DNA of 63,044 bases, the filler included, from Octopus bimaculoides (Eukaryota), in NCBI RefSeq assembly GCF_001194135.2. It is 5 parts of 5 records of this genome, joined end to end, with 100 filler letters (N's around TTAATTAATTAA, not from the genome) between each part and the next. Parts side by side here need not be neighbours in the genome. Positions count along the whole stretch, not along the records: positions 11,557 to 33,563 come from NC_068990.1; positions 33,664 to 53,937 come from NC_068989.1; 3 more parts are not named here. The stretch is one strand, 5' to 3'. The notes under the pieces are model-generated. The model had not been told where the DNA came from, did not search any database, and saw only the letters and a program-made list of their open reading frames with translations. Of the stretch, positions 23,486 through 36,713 are shown one piece after another; the first letter of the stretch is position 1, and every line of letters starts with the position of its first letter. Made by a program: the position numbers and the translations under genes.

Positions 23486-24675
23486 CATATCATTTGCGGA
23501 TTCAGATTTGAGGTTACAGATTTAACATACATATGTATATATGAGTGTGTGTATGTATGTTGTGTATGTGCTACTGACTGAATGCATATGTGTATGTAGG
23601 TGCATAATGCATACTTATATGCGTTTGCATATAAGTATGCATTATGTACGTTTATGTGCATGTATATAAAAATGTATGTATCAAAATATATGTATGTATT
23701 TGTGTTGCGTGTATACAAAAATATATGTGTGTGTGTGTGCACGCGCTGTGTGTGTATGTATGTGTGCGTGTATATATGTCTTTATCATTGAATATATGTA
23801 TATACGTATAGGTCTTTATCTAAATATATCTAAATGAGTGTATGCGTGTGTACAAGTATGCCCGTTGATATGAATGCACGAATGCATTCATGCAAACGCA
23901 CAAATGTTTAGTGGAATATTTGAATACTTTCAAAACATTACTGAAGTAAACAAATAACAGAAGATAAGTTGAGTGACAAACTGGCTGATTGCCTAACCAA
24001 CTGCCAGGTGGGCTAGCCGGCTGGCTGGCTGGTCGGATGGCCGACTGGCAGCGTGGTGAGATGGAGGAAAGTCTGATGTCCCACATGCGTATACGTATAT
24101 ATTAATGTCTTTGTGTATACACATACATAAAAATGAAAGATTCTTAAATGTATTAATATATGTTCATACATATGTATGAGTGTATAGGCAAGGAGTATAA
24201 ATATATATATATTTATGCGTGTGTAAGTGTGTATATACATACATATCTACACATATATATATACAAATATACATAAGTAAATATGTATGTATATATGTAT
24301 ATATAAATATATATACATATATACACATACATATATATATATACGTAATGCATGTTCGTGTTTGTGTGCGTGTGTGTGTGTGAGTGTGTGCGTGTGTATG
24401 TGTGAGTGTGGGTGTATGTATATATATATACTCACACATACAAACACATGCACTTACCTAACTATAGATAGATAGATAAATAGATAGATAGATAGATAGA
24501 TATGCACTGATCATATACATTCATATACAGACACAGACACCTTTACGTACACGTACCAGAACACACACTATGTTTATGTACCTGCCTGTGTTTCCAGTAT
24601 CAGATATTTGCCCTACTGACACAGTGACAAGGCAGATAAAATAATTTTATGGAAACAAAGCAACAACGGCGACTA

Positions 24676-24692
24676 CGATGATGATGATGATA

Positions 24693-24725
<33 letters not shown>

Positions 24726-24738
24726 TTAATAATAATAA

Positions 24739-24807
<69 letters not shown>

Positions 24808-24932
24808 CAGCAACAACAACAACAATAGTATCAAGAACACGAAGTAGAGGCCAACACCTACTGCGACCTATTTCCTTTTTGTGCATTAGTGTCTTCATTT
24901 AAGCAGGAACTGCTGTACCAGCATGTACAGCT

Positions 24933-24990
<58 letters not shown>
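24676..24990. repeat. Compound trinucleotide microsatellites (GAT)n, (AAT)n, (AAC)n, (CTA)n
   Basis: Directly visible. Similar AAC/AAT tracts at 33664-33712 and 33937-34033. Confidence 0.97.
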
Positions 24991-24992
<2 letters not shown>

Positions 24993-25069
24993 TTGCTGCT
25001 GCTGCTATCACTCATGCTACAACTACAACTATGAACATCATTATTATTATAATCATTTGTAATGGAGTC

Positions 25070-25308
25070 AATGCAGCGAGCTGGCAGAAACATCATCGCG
25101 TCGGGCAAAATGCTTATCGGCATTTCTTCTGGCACTTTAAGCGCTACTGAGTTCGTCTTCGACAACAAATTTTACTGAGGTCGACTGTGCCTTCCATCCA
25201 GACGGAGTCAATAAAATAAAGTACCAGTCAAGAATTAGGGTCGATATAATCGATTTCCTCCTCCCTTCTAGATTGCTGGCCTTGTGCCCAACTTTAGAAA
25301 GAATTATT
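25070..25308 (+). mobile_element. SINE family A
   Basis: GCAGCGAGCTGGCAGAAAC...GAGGTCGACTGTGCCTTCCATCC...AAAGTACCAG...TTGCTGGCCTTGTGCC. Confidence 0.8.
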
Positions 25309-25419
25309 TGTAATGGAAGCATATGGCTGTTGCACTCATGTTCGAAAGATGGTGGCTTCGATCCCTGAGCCGGACGATGCGTTGGTTCTTGAGCAAAAGA
25401 CTTCTAAAGTGGTGATTTA

Positions 25420-25560
25420 TTAGAATCGTTAGCACTCCGGCCAAAAGACTGAGTGGCATTTCGTCCGTCTTTGCGTTCCGAGTTCAAATTCCGTCGTAGT
25501 CCACTTTGTCTTTCATCCTTTCAGGTTCGATAACATAAGTGGCAACTCACGGGTAATGAT
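25420..25560 (+). mobile_element. SINE family A, partial
   Basis: GAATCGTTAGCACTCCGG...GAGTTCAAATTCCG...CTTTCATCCTTTCAGGTTCGATAA. Confidence 0.75.
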
Positions 25561-25983
25561 TCGATTATTTCCCCTCACAGCTGCTCGCACATCTGCGATA
25601 TTCTCCTCAGTTCTGCTGGTTGCTGATCTTCCAGAATGTTCGCTAATATCGACATTTTTTCGACCTTCTTGGAAACATTTGAACCTCTCGTACACGTGTG
25701 TGCAGCTCATACACTCCTCTCCGTACACTTTCTGCAACTTTGCGTAGGTCTCTGAGCAGGTATCGCCATGACAACTTTCTCTGTCATGGTCCATGCGTCG
25801 ATCTCACGCTACACGCCTTCCTTCCAAGCATTGCTGTAAACAGCGGAAGTGAGCTAGAACGCTCAAACTTAGTGCGCATGCACAGCAGAGTTCAACATCA
25901 ATCTTTACCAAGCGACTTTACTCTCCGTGCTTTAGCTTTGTTACTATGGCAACAGTCCGGGTAATTATTGATCAGACCTCGTG
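25560..25983 (-). mobile_element. mariner 5' fragment (TIR + HTH region)
   Basis: Minus strand TIR CGAGGTCTGATCAATAATTACCCGGACTG; ORF ...SETYAKLQKVYGEECMSCTHVYERFKCFQEGRKNVD...SGRSATSRTEENIADVRAAV, typical of mariner N-termini. Confidence 0.88.
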
Positions 25984-26221
25984 TATATAAATAATAATTA
26001 TCTACTGTGTGTTATCTATACAAGCTTTGTCTATACTTCAGACTAACCAGCTGTCCGTACCACGACCATATTAGATCTCATTCATTTATTGTTATGTGTG
26101 TGTGTGTGTGTGCGTGTGTGTGTGCATGTGCGCGCGTGTTCTTTGTGCTTATCTCCTACCATTCCTTGATAATTGGTGTGGATTTATTCGACTAAAGCTT
26201 TCTTGGCGATGTATGTATGTA

Positions 26222-26264
<43 letters not shown>

Positions 26265-26479
26265 NNNNNNNNNNNNNNNNNNNNNNNNNNNNNNNNNNNN
26301 NNNNNNNNNNNNNNNNNNNNNNNNNNNNNNNNNNNNNNNNNNNNNNNNNNNNNNNNNNNNNNNNNNNNNNNNNNNNNNNNNNNNNNNNNNNNNNTTTTAT
26401 TTAATCATGAAAATATTATTTATGTAACGCACGCACTCCTTAACTTTTTAGCTGTGTATATATATATATATATATAATA

Positions 26480-26790
26480 CAGAATGGGACAAGAATGCAA
26501 AACATCAAGACATTTAGGTGATACAAGAAAGGGACAAAACATCCAGATAGACGATACAAAGAAAACACGGACAGGTCATTCGGAGTTTTCTCTCTTCAGT
26601 CGAGATCCAGATTATCCTTGCAATTTCGGCTGGTTATTCTCGATATTGCTCCAATCTGGCCAGCCCCAAGGAAAAGCTAAGCTAAGAGCATTAGATTCCT
26701 TGCAAGAAAGCAGCGAATGTATACAAAAACAAGGACGGAAGAAAAAAATGAACAATGTTACACAAATACACTTACATATGCATTGAAAAA
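26480..26790 (-). mobile_element. Repeat family B (PLE-terminal-repeat-like), inserted at (TA)n
   Basis: Homologous to 36060-36340; contains CTGAAGAGAGAAAACTCCGAATGACC followed by a T-rich tail ending at a TA tract. Confidence 0.65.
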
Positions 26791-26982
26791 AAATATTAGT
26801 ATACAAACGTATTACACGCATTAATGCATAGATATATACGTAAAAGATACATGTATACATATGTATGTATAAATATATATACACGTATATATGTATATGT
26901 GTATATGTATATATGAGTGTCAGTGTCTGTGAAAGCGTGCATTTAAGTGTAATTGACAGCATATGTTTACACACACACACAC

Positions 26983-27017
<35 letters not shown>

Positions 27018-27027
27018 NNNNNNNNNN

Positions 27028-27063
<36 letters not shown>

Positions 27064-28065
27064 TACATATATATATGCATACCCATGCATGTGCGTTTAT
27101 TTGTGAGAATGTCCTTGTGTGAGTGCGTTACACACCATATATCTTCGTGTGTGTATGTGCTTAAATGTGTGTGAGAGTGGGAGTACATGCGTGAGCGCGA
27201 ATGTGCGTGTGTCTATGCGTGATTCATTGTGCTCATGTATATGTGTGTGTGCGTGCATATATTAATTTCTGCATATGAGCGTACGTTTGTTCTTGAAAGC
27301 ATGCACGTAATTGTCTCTCCTTTTTTCTGCATATTCAAATTTGCGTGTACGTGCATAGACATGTATGTATGTATGTATGTATATAGGCCTGCATGCATGT
27401 ATGCATGCATCTATGTATGTATGTATGTATGTATGTATGTATGCATGTATGTATGTATGTATGTATGTATGTATGTATGTATGAGTGTGTGTATCCGAAC
27501 ATGTATGTACGTAAACATGCATTTATATAAGTATGCATATGTATATGGATGCATGAGATTCAAGGACAAACATGTACAATTTTGAGTGTCCCCATGTTTG
27601 CATACATGCATGTGTTTCTATACGCAAGTCTATGCATGGGATTTTGTTTGTGTGGAGGTATGTACGTGTATATATATATATATATGTGTGTTTTTGTACA
27701 TATCTATGTTAGTGTGGATACATATTCTTTATGTGTGTACATTTGTGTGAGCGCGCATGCGTTAAACCGTGACATGAAATGTGACACTGGTGAGAGAACA
27801 CAAATGGACGGCACAATGCAACTAATTAAGTTAGATGTAAAGCAATGTGTTTTGGTGGCATAAGATTTAAGTAAATCATGAAAAGATATGTTACCATGGA
27901 GATCCTTAACATGACAACGTTAAGGAGCTCCATTAAAAGACACCACTGTAGTTAGGGGAAGACGATCTCCTTAAACTTTTGTTAACTTCAAAAAAGAAAA
28001 AAACGAATAAATGTTTGGTTAGAATATCTTCGAAAGAAATAAATCACATAAAAATACGATGAGCT

Positions 28066-28109
<44 letters not shown>

Positions 28110-29289
28110 NNNNNNNNNNNNNNNNNNNNNNNNNNNNNNNNNNNNNNNNNNNNNNNNNNNNNNNNNNNNNNNNNNNNNNNNNNNNNNNNNNNNNNNNNNN
28201 NNNNNNNNNNNNNNNNNNNNNNNNNNNNNNNNNNNNNNNNNNNNNNNNNNNNNNNNNNNNNNNNNNNNNNNNNNNNNNNNNNNNNNNNNNNNNNNNNNNN
28301 NNNNNNNNNNNNNNNNNNNNNNNNNNNNNNNNNNNNNNNNNNNNNNNNNNNNNNNNNNNNNNNNNNNNNNNNNNNNNNNNNNNNNNNNNNNNNNNNNNNN
28401 NNNNNNNNNNNNNNNNNNNNNNNNNNNNNNNNNNNNNNNNNNNNNNNNNNNNNNNNNNNNNNNNNNNNNNNNNNNNNNNNNNNNNNNNNNNNNNNNNNNN
28501 NNNNNNNNNNNNNNNNNNNNNNNNNNNNNNNNNNNNNNNNNNNNNNNNNNNNNNNNNNNNNNNNNNNNNNNNNNNNNNNNNNNNNNNNNNNNNNNNNNNN
28601 NNNNNNNNNNNNNNNNNNNNNNNNNNNNNNNNNNNNNNNNNNNNNNNNNNNNNNNNNNNNNNNNNNNNNNNNNNNNNNNNNNNNNNNNNNNNNNNNNNNN
28701 NNNNNNNNNNNNNNNNNNNNNNNNNNNNNNNNNNNNNNNNNNNNNNNNNNNNNNNNNNNNNNNNNNNNNNNNNNNNNNNNNNNNNNNNNNNNNNNNNNNN
28801 NNNNNNNNNNNNNNNNNNNNNNNNNNNNNNNNNNCCTTTCTAATTATGTTCGATCTTGTTAAACCTTTATCAAACAAATACCTGCCCTGTTTCTACCCGC
28901 AAACTGATCGCTTGGTTGTAGCCTATTTATTGCGTGTAGAAATCAGAGAGGTAAACTGGTCGGTCTAATTTGCATAATAGTGCATGCATTGGAAATTTTC
29001 AGTAAAGAACTACTAGGGCACGACACGCACTTACGCACACACACATATATGTATGTATGTTATCAATCAGTTTCATTTCTGTATTTCTTGTCGATACAGA
29101 AAGAGCCGGACTCTAACATAGATTCAAGGCTCCTTCATTGGAACTTTTATCAACACCATCTCGGTATTTGTGCATATGTGTGTGTGTGTGTGCAGTACTT
29201 GGTGTTAGTGTATGCGCAGATTAGTGTATGCGTATGTTTGTTTTATGGATGCGTTTTTATGCATATATTTTCATGTCTAGATGCATGCA

Positions 29290-29415
29290 TATGTATTTAT
29301 GTGCTAAATTTTTGGAAAGTTTTACATATCTTTACAGTTCCATTGATGGCTTGAATCTGTAGTCTTCTAATCAGCCTTTTTCTTTCAGGTTTTGAGAACC
29401 CTAATTTTTCCAGGT
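29290..29415 (-). mobile_element. 3' end of an RLE-type LINE ORF
   Basis: Minus strand NCLNKNLEKLGFSKPERKRLIRRLQIQAINGTVKICKTFQKF*; homologous to 50700-50830. Confidence 0.75.
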
Positions 29416-29432
29416 TTTTGTTGAGGCAGTTC

Positions 29433-29466
<34 letters not shown>

Positions 29467-30119
29467 TGTAGGTACGTATGTATACATATCTATGTATACA
29501 CACACACATATATCGTACACTTATACATACATACATACTTACACACATACATACAAGCATAAATTTTGGAAAGAAGTACAGGCAGCAAAGGAATCACCCC
29601 CAGAAAAGATTAATCAAAGCAACAAACACAGCACCTGAACAATTCTGGGGACCCATAACAATGGAACAGGTAACCCAGTTATTGCAAACAACACATTATA
29701 ATAATAAAATAACTGGATGGCACCAGAACATGATGAGATTCCTAACTTCCAGTAAAAATATTCAATAGACACACACAGGGCACTAGCAGAAAAGTTCGGT
29801 GAGATGCTGACGAAGCCAAAGGTAATACCTGAATAGCTCACAGAAAGGAGAACCTTCCTAATTCGCAAATCTACCGAACTTACGAGTCCACCAAACTATA
29901 ATCCTTTAATTTGTCTCCCTAGAACCTACGAGGCTTTAACTGCAATAATATCGCAGAGAATAGGCAGACATCTAGAAGAAAGCAATTTGTTTCTCGAAGA
30001 GCGGAATGGCTGCTGCAGAACATCATATGACTGAAATATCTGTTATTGATCAACGAATCCATAACTGAAGACTGCCGAAAGACAAAAAAAGGGCTTAAGC
30101 ATGGCTTGGATCGATTACT

Positions 30120-30525
30120 CTTTTACTTGTTTCAGTCATTTGACTGTGGCCATGCTGGAGCACCGCCTTTAGTGGACCAAATCGACCCCAGGACTTATTC
30201 TTTGGAAGCCTAGTACTTATTCTATCGGTCTTTTTTGCCGAACCGCTAAGTTACGGGGACGTAAACAAACCAGCATCGGTTGTTAGGCGATGTTGGGGGG
30301 ATAAACACAGACACACAAACATATACACACACATACATATACATATATATACATATATACGACGGGCTTCTTTCAGTTTCCGTCTACCAAATCCACTCAC
30401 AAGGTTTTGGTCGGCCCGAGGCTATAGTAGAAGACACTTGCTCAAGGTGCCACGCAGTGGGACTGAACCCGGAACCATGTGGTTGGTAAGCAAGCTACTT
30501 ACCACACAGCCACTCCTACGCCTAT
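30120..30525 (-). mobile_element. SINE family B, full-length, 7-bp TSD GATTACT
   Basis: TSD at 30113-30119 and 30526-30532; removing the SINE restores the AWIDYW frame of the host LINE. Confidence 0.92.
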
Positions 30526-31844
30526 GATTACTGGATGATTTTTTGACAACATTCTCCACACATGGATCCTGGAAACACTAGCCATGAACAAAGTAGCGCC
30601 AATAATAATAAGATATATAAAACACGTCATGAATAAATGGCAATCAATTCTGCAGCAAAAAACAAAAGAGGGAATAATAGAAACTAAAACCTTTCCCATT
30701 AGAAGAGGAATATTCCAAGGGGACTCGTTTTCTCCACTCCTTTTCTGCTTGGCACTAACGTCTTTAACTGACATGCTAAACAGAAATGGATATAGATACA
30801 ACTGCTATGGTAAAAAATATCAACCGTATTTTGTATATTGGTGATCTTAAGATGTATGTTGCAAATAATTAAGAACTGGAAACGTTGCTAGAGACAGTGC
30901 ATAGATTTACTGGAGAAATTAATATAAAATTCGGCGTAAGAAAATGTGCTAAAACAACCTTGGGAAGAATCAAAAATAACAATATCACATTAGAAAAGGA
31001 GAATTAACTAAGAGAACTAGACCAAATCCAGGTACGTAGATACTTATGTATCAATGACCTAGATACAGTACAACATACACAAATGAAAGATAAAGAAGGA
31101 ATATCACGGACGAATAAGATTAATACTTAAAACAGAACTCAATATGTAAAATAAGATAATAGACATCAATATTCTAGCTGTCCTAGTTGTAAGTTAGTTA
31201 AAATATTCTAAATTGGACATTAATTGAACTAACCAAACTAGACAGGAAAACGCGTAAAATAATTACAGAATTTAAAGTACACCACCCAAACCTGATATAG
31301 AAAGGTGATATATACAACGAACTGAAGGTGGCAGAAGTCTTATACAACTAGAAAGCTACTATAAAATATCTACCGTAGGACTACAGACACATTTGGCTCA
31401 GAACCAAAGAAAACTGGTACAGGTAGCCACAATGCATGAGCAAAACAAGATTGTTCTCTGTCTTCAATGAAGCCGAAAAACATGAGAAAGATTTCATAAT
31501 ACCTGACTACTATGAAGAAAAAGAAGAAACATCAAAAGCTGTAACGCAACTAAAATCTAAGCTAAATCTGGAACTACAAAATACCATGATAAAACGATGG
31601 CAAGAAAAGCCTTTACATGGCAAATACTGGTAAAGAAATAGACGAATTAAAATCTCGACATTGGTTGACAAGTTCGGGTCTCAAAGAAAAGATTGAAGTA
31701 ACTGCAAAACATGTGGTGATGTGAGGATGCGGAAGAAACGAAATATCATATTGTCTCAGTACAATCCTAGCCAAGAAGGAAGACGTCCACGCTCATGACA
31801 GAGTTTGGACTTATATATACTGGAAGCTGTGCCAGCTACTAAAT

Positions 31845-32720
31845 TAGGTCAGGCAAATGCATTTGCCACTTGTCAGTAATTCCCGGGTCCTCTCACGGGA
31901 CCTCTCCAGCAGAGTCCCTGTTAGTCCCCGTCTCCATAATATACCTCATCTCCTGCTGTGACCATATGGTATGTGGTCGACCAACCTACCTGGATCTTCG
32001 ATGAAGAGAGCACGGAAAGCAGAGTCTAACTCGGAAAACCAAACAAAATGGCCAAACAGTCTTAACTGGCACTCCCGAATCATACAAGTAACAGGACGCA
32101 TCCAAGTTTCTGAGTAGAGTCGTTCCTTAGCTCCGAAATCGGACCATTGATAACCCATGATCCTGAAAAGCGTCCTGGTACCATAGGAGTTTAGGCGGCT
32201 CCTAAGAGCCACGGACAGTGTCCAAGTTTCACAGCTATAGATCAGAATAGTGAGGACCAGAGACCTATAGATCTGAACCCTTGTCTTCTTTCTCAGATAC
32301 CGACAGCACCAAATGCCTCCACAACTGCACCATATCGTCCAAGTGTTTTTAGGTTTTCAGACATGCAGTTAATTCCGCTTTGAATCTCACTGCCGAGATA
32401 AGTGAAACGGTCAACAACTTCGACATTCTCCCCTGCAACAGAGACAGAGGAGGTGGGGTCCTCCAAGAAGCCAACGAGGGACTGGATCTTTGTCTTGATC
32501 CAAGAGATTTTAAGGTCAAGTGGTTCCGCTTCCTCATTCAGTGAAATGAGAACGTCGTTCCTTAAGACATCTAGAGACTCAATAAGAATAACTAGATCAG
32601 CAAAGTCTAGGTCTGTAATTCTAGTTTCACCAATCGGAACACCACATTTCCATCGATCCACAAGTAACCAAACCATACAGGCATTGAACAGAGTGAAAGC
32701 CAAGACAACTACTATCCAAA
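31845..32720 (-). mobile_element. 5'-truncated RTE-like LINE fragment (second family)
   Basis: Minus strand CVLA.TLFNACM, ITDLDFAD, LKISWIKTK, FTYLGS, LIYSCETW, QLRLFGH. Confidence 0.88.
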
Positions 32721-33663
32721 GCACTAGGATATACGAATATCAATAACAAACTAAAAATAGCACTGCAGGGGTACCGCACGCATCCCACATAAAGATTTCA
32801 ACACAGTAAAAAAAAGCAACACTAAAACAAATCATAACACACACCCAAGACACATAAAGCAACGGTGGTTCAAAAAATATAACTACAGAGCAATAACCTT
32901 TCCTACTATAGGCACACGGCCTGAAAAAAGTATTAATATTTACCAAATTTACCTACATAAATAATACTCCCCACAGTTTGAGTGGGAAAGAATCTAAAAA
33001 AACTTGTAAATTATGGAGAATACTAAATATCACGAAGCCGACGCTACTAGAGTGATATCATTGGTAAAGACATATAACATGAAATTGAGAATCTAAAAAA
33101 GCTTAAGAGGGAACAGAAATTCCAGGTGCGACATATTGAAACGCAACTCACTTGCGACCGCTTAAAGATGACTCGTTGATGGACCACGTGATGATGCATC
33201 AACTATATACGGTTAGACGCTTTGTGCAGTTGATGTACTCAAGTGGTTCTAAACTGCTCTGGAAGACTCAAAGCAAACTATCGATGGAAGGGCGGCTTTT
33301 CAATATGCAAGCACAATTTGATTTACTAGGTTATCAGCACTAGAGATCTACTATCTTGAAAAAGGAACGTTCTTCCACGTGCGTCTGGAAAGAGGATTGT
33401 ATGTTTTGAATATGACGTTTCCTATGTACTGCTTTTAAAAAGAAAGAGGTATTCAAGAAGGACGGAGTTCACGTCACTATAATAATGTCACATTAACCAC
33501 ATATCACAGTCACTCACACAAACACACCCACACACAAATAATATATATATATATATATATATANNNNNNNNNNNNNNNNNNNNNNNNNNNNNNNNNNNNN
33601 NNNNNNNTTAATTAATTAANNNNNNNNNNNNNNNNNNNNNNNNNNNNNNNNNNNNNNNNNNNN

Positions 33664-33715
<52 letters not shown>

Positions 33716-33936
33716 GTCTTTTGTACTCTAGGCACAAGGCTTGAAGTTTTTGGGTGAGGGGTGGGGGCAGTCGATTAGATCGATCCCAGTACGCAAGTGG
33801 TACTTAATTTATCGACCCCGAAAAAATGAAAAGCAAAGTCAACCTCGGCGGAAATGAACTCAGAAAGTAAAGACAGACGAAATACCACTAAGCGTTTCGC
33901 ACGGCGTGCTAACCTTTCTGTCAGCTTGCCGCCTTA
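33716..33936 (-). mobile_element. SINE family A with (ATT)n tail
   Basis: Minus strand TAAGGCGGCAAGCTGACAGAAAGGTTAGCACGCCG...GAGTTCATTTCCGCCGAGGTTGACTTTGC...GTCGATAAATTAAGTACC. A further tail fragment lies at ~34040-34130. Confidence 0.88.
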
Positions 33937-33967
33937 TAATAACAACAACAACAACAACAACAACAAA

Positions 33968-34033
<66 letters not shown>

Positions 34034-34149
34034 CCTCTCTGCTGTAGGTACAAGGCCTGAAATTTTGGGGGAGGGGACTAATCAATTACATCGACCTCAG
34101 TATGAAATAAGTACCAGTGGAGCACTGGGGTAATTTATTCAGCTTGAAA

Positions 34150-34467
34150 ACACGGAATAAACTTCAGGGATTTGAGAGCATCGAACCAGCATGTAGTCTG
34201 GACCTAGCTCCCTCGGAATATTACTTGTTCTGATCCATGGCTCACTTCCGTCACTCGTGAGGCTTCATCAACCAAGAGGTGATGGAAGTTTCAGTAAAGG
34301 AGTTCTTCGCCTCGAACGACAAGAACTGGTATCAGCGTGGTAGAGAGGTGGCTTCACACGCGGTAACATGATGGCCTCTACTTTATATGTTAGGCTGATT
34401 TTGTTGCAACTTGATGAAGAATGCAAATAAGTTACCAAAATATTGCAAAACTTTTGACTCAGCACAA
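34150..34467 (+). mobile_element. mariner 3' fragment with right TIR
   Basis: SLDLAPSEYYLF*SM, KEFFASNDKNWYQRG, HDGLYF (decayed SPDLAPSDY...DG.YF), then ...TTGCAAAACTTTTGACTCAGCACAA|TA. Confidence 0.75.
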
Positions 34468-35093
34468 TATATTAATATTTCTTCACTTATTTCTTTCGTA
34501 CTTCTAATTCAACATATTATCTTTTTGCATTGACAATTAGTTACCACAATGAAGTAAACTGAAATTGGAGCAGCCTGCAACCCTATTGAATTTTAAATTA
34601 TTTACATTACCTATATCATTATTCAGATTTAAAGCTGACCTTTGGTCTCCTAGACCGAGCACATTAGTATACAGATCTATTCTAAGAAACACAATAGCAT
34701 AAGTTTAGGTACAATACATTATTTTGTAAAATTTTCATAGTCTGTTAGTAAACAATAAAGTAGACTTCCAGTCGAACAAAAGTTATTTTGTCCATATCTA
34801 AATAAATTTCAATAACGGAAAGTATTCAATTACAATAGAATAAGTTAATTCCAGGCACAATACAAAGCACACCTAAGAGTATTATCACCTACACCTTGAC
34901 CTAATGACACCCTTTCCTCTCAGACACACCTAACTTTAAATGAACCTTATATAACCCCCAGACTTTTCTCTTGTCTCCATAGTCATGAACAGCCCAGCTG
35001 AGGGTCAAACTCAGAGTAGACGGTCAACTTAATATATATATATATATATATATATACAAATTAAAAGGGTAAAGGATTATCAATTTATTAATT

Positions 35094-35124
<31 letters not shown>

Positions 35125-35609
35125 CATATNNNNNNNNNNNNNNNNNNNNNNNNNNNNNNNNNNNNNNNNNNNNNNNNNNNNNNNNNNNNNNNNNNNNNNN
35201 NNNNNNNNNNNNNNNNNNNNNNNNNNNNNNNNNNNNNNNNNNNNNNNNNNNNNNNNNNNNNNNNNNNNNNNNNNNNNNNNNNNNNNNNNNNNNNNNNNNN
35301 NNNNNNNNNNNNNNNNNNNNNNNNNNNNNNNNNNNNNNNNNNNNNNNNNNNNNNNNNNNNNNNNNNNNNNNNNNNNNNNNNNNNNNNNNNNNNNNNNNNN
35401 NNNNNNNNNNNNNNNNNNNNNNNNNNNNNNNNNNNNNNNNNNNNNNNNNNNNNNNNNNNNNNNNNNNNNNNNNNNNNNNNNNNNNNNNNNNNNNNNNNNN
35501 NNNNNNNNNNNNNNNNNNNNNNNNNNNNNNNNNNNNNNNNNNNNNNNNNNNNNNNNNNNNNNNNNNNNNNNNNNNNNNNNNNNNNNNNNNNNNNNNNNNN
35601 NNNNNNNNN

Positions 35610-35790
35610 CAGATTGGAACAGTCTCGAGTATAACCAGCTGAAACTGCAAATCTGATCTGGAACTCGACTGACGAAAGAAAACTCCGAATGACCGTCCTT
35701 GGTTTTCTTGTCCTTTTTTGTATCATCTAGCTATATGGATGTTTTGCGTTCTCGTCCCATTTTTTGTATTCTTTGTTACATACATATAGC
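35610..35790 (+). mobile_element. Repeat family B, partial copy
   Basis: AGTCTCGAGTATAACCAGCTGAAAC...CTGACGAAAGAAAACTCCGAATGACC. Confidence 0.7.
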
Positions 35791-36059
35791 GGCGTACGTA
35801 CACTTTGTTCTCTTATATGTAAGTAAATATGCATATAAATCTAATTTTTGTACGACATTCTTATTCTTTGATTCTTTCTTTCTTTCCATCAGCCCTTTCA
35901 CACTTACTTCCTTCTTTCCACTCTTCTTTCTTTCGCTCCCTCTCTCTCACATTTCCTGGCCTTCCCTTCATTCTCACCTTCCTTTCTTTTTCACTTGTTA
36001 TTTTTATGTCCCTGCCGTATGGCTTCACTTACACACACGCCAGCTTAATTTAATTCGTC

Positions 36060-36340
36060 CTTAGTCGAAAAAACACCTGTTATTTATGTCCTGTGTTTAC
36101 ATCTGTATTTGTGCACCGTTTCTCCGTTTTTTCTTCGTCCTTGTTTTCGTATACATTCGCTGCTTTCTTCCAAGGAATCTAATGCTCTTAGCTTAGTTTT
36201 TCCTTGGAGCTGGCCAGATTGAAGCAGTCTCAAGTATAACCAGCCGAAGCAGCAAATCTAATCTGGAACTCTACTGACGAAAGAAAACTCCGAATGACCC
36301 GTCCTCGTTTTTTCTTGTCCATTTTTTGTATAATCTAACT
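36060..36340 (+). mobile_element. Repeat family B
   Basis: Homologous to 26480-26790(-); ends TTTTTTGTATAATCTAACTG at a TA tract. Confidence 0.7.
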
Positions 36341-36635
36341 GTATATATACATATATATATACGCATATATATATGCATATATATATATATATTCATACAT
36401 ACATATATACATACATATATCTACATGAATATATATACATATGTATANNNNNNNNNNNNNNNNNNNNNNNNNNNNNNNNNNNNNNNNNNNNNNNNNNNNN
36501 NNNNNNNNTATATATATATATGTATATACATATGTATATATATTCATGTAGATATATGTATGTATATATATGTATATATGTATGAATATATATATACATA
36601 TGTATATATATATGCGTATATATATATGTATATAT

Positions 36636-36713
36636 ACAGTTAGATTATACAAAAACTGGACAAGAAAAAACAAGGACGGGTCATTCGGAGTTTTCTTTCG
36701 TCAGTATAGTTCC
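36636..36713 (-). mobile_element. Repeat family B, short inverted copy (tail-to-tail with 36060-36340)
   Basis: CAGTTAGATTATACAAAAA...GGACGGGTCATTCGGAGTTTTCTTTCGTCAG. Confidence 0.75.

Larger units (their letters stand above)
29540..32870 (+). mobile_element. R4/Dong-like (RLE group) LINE pseudogene interrupted by a SINE and an RTE fragment
   Basis: NYNPLICLP, AWIDY, RRGIFQGDSFSPLLFCLAL, LYIGDLKMY, KFGVRKCA, KLDRKTRK, EGGRSL, WQEKPLHGKY, HDRVWTYIYWKLC; resumes at ~32740 with KIALQG...RTH and the 3' UTR. Confidence 0.85.
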
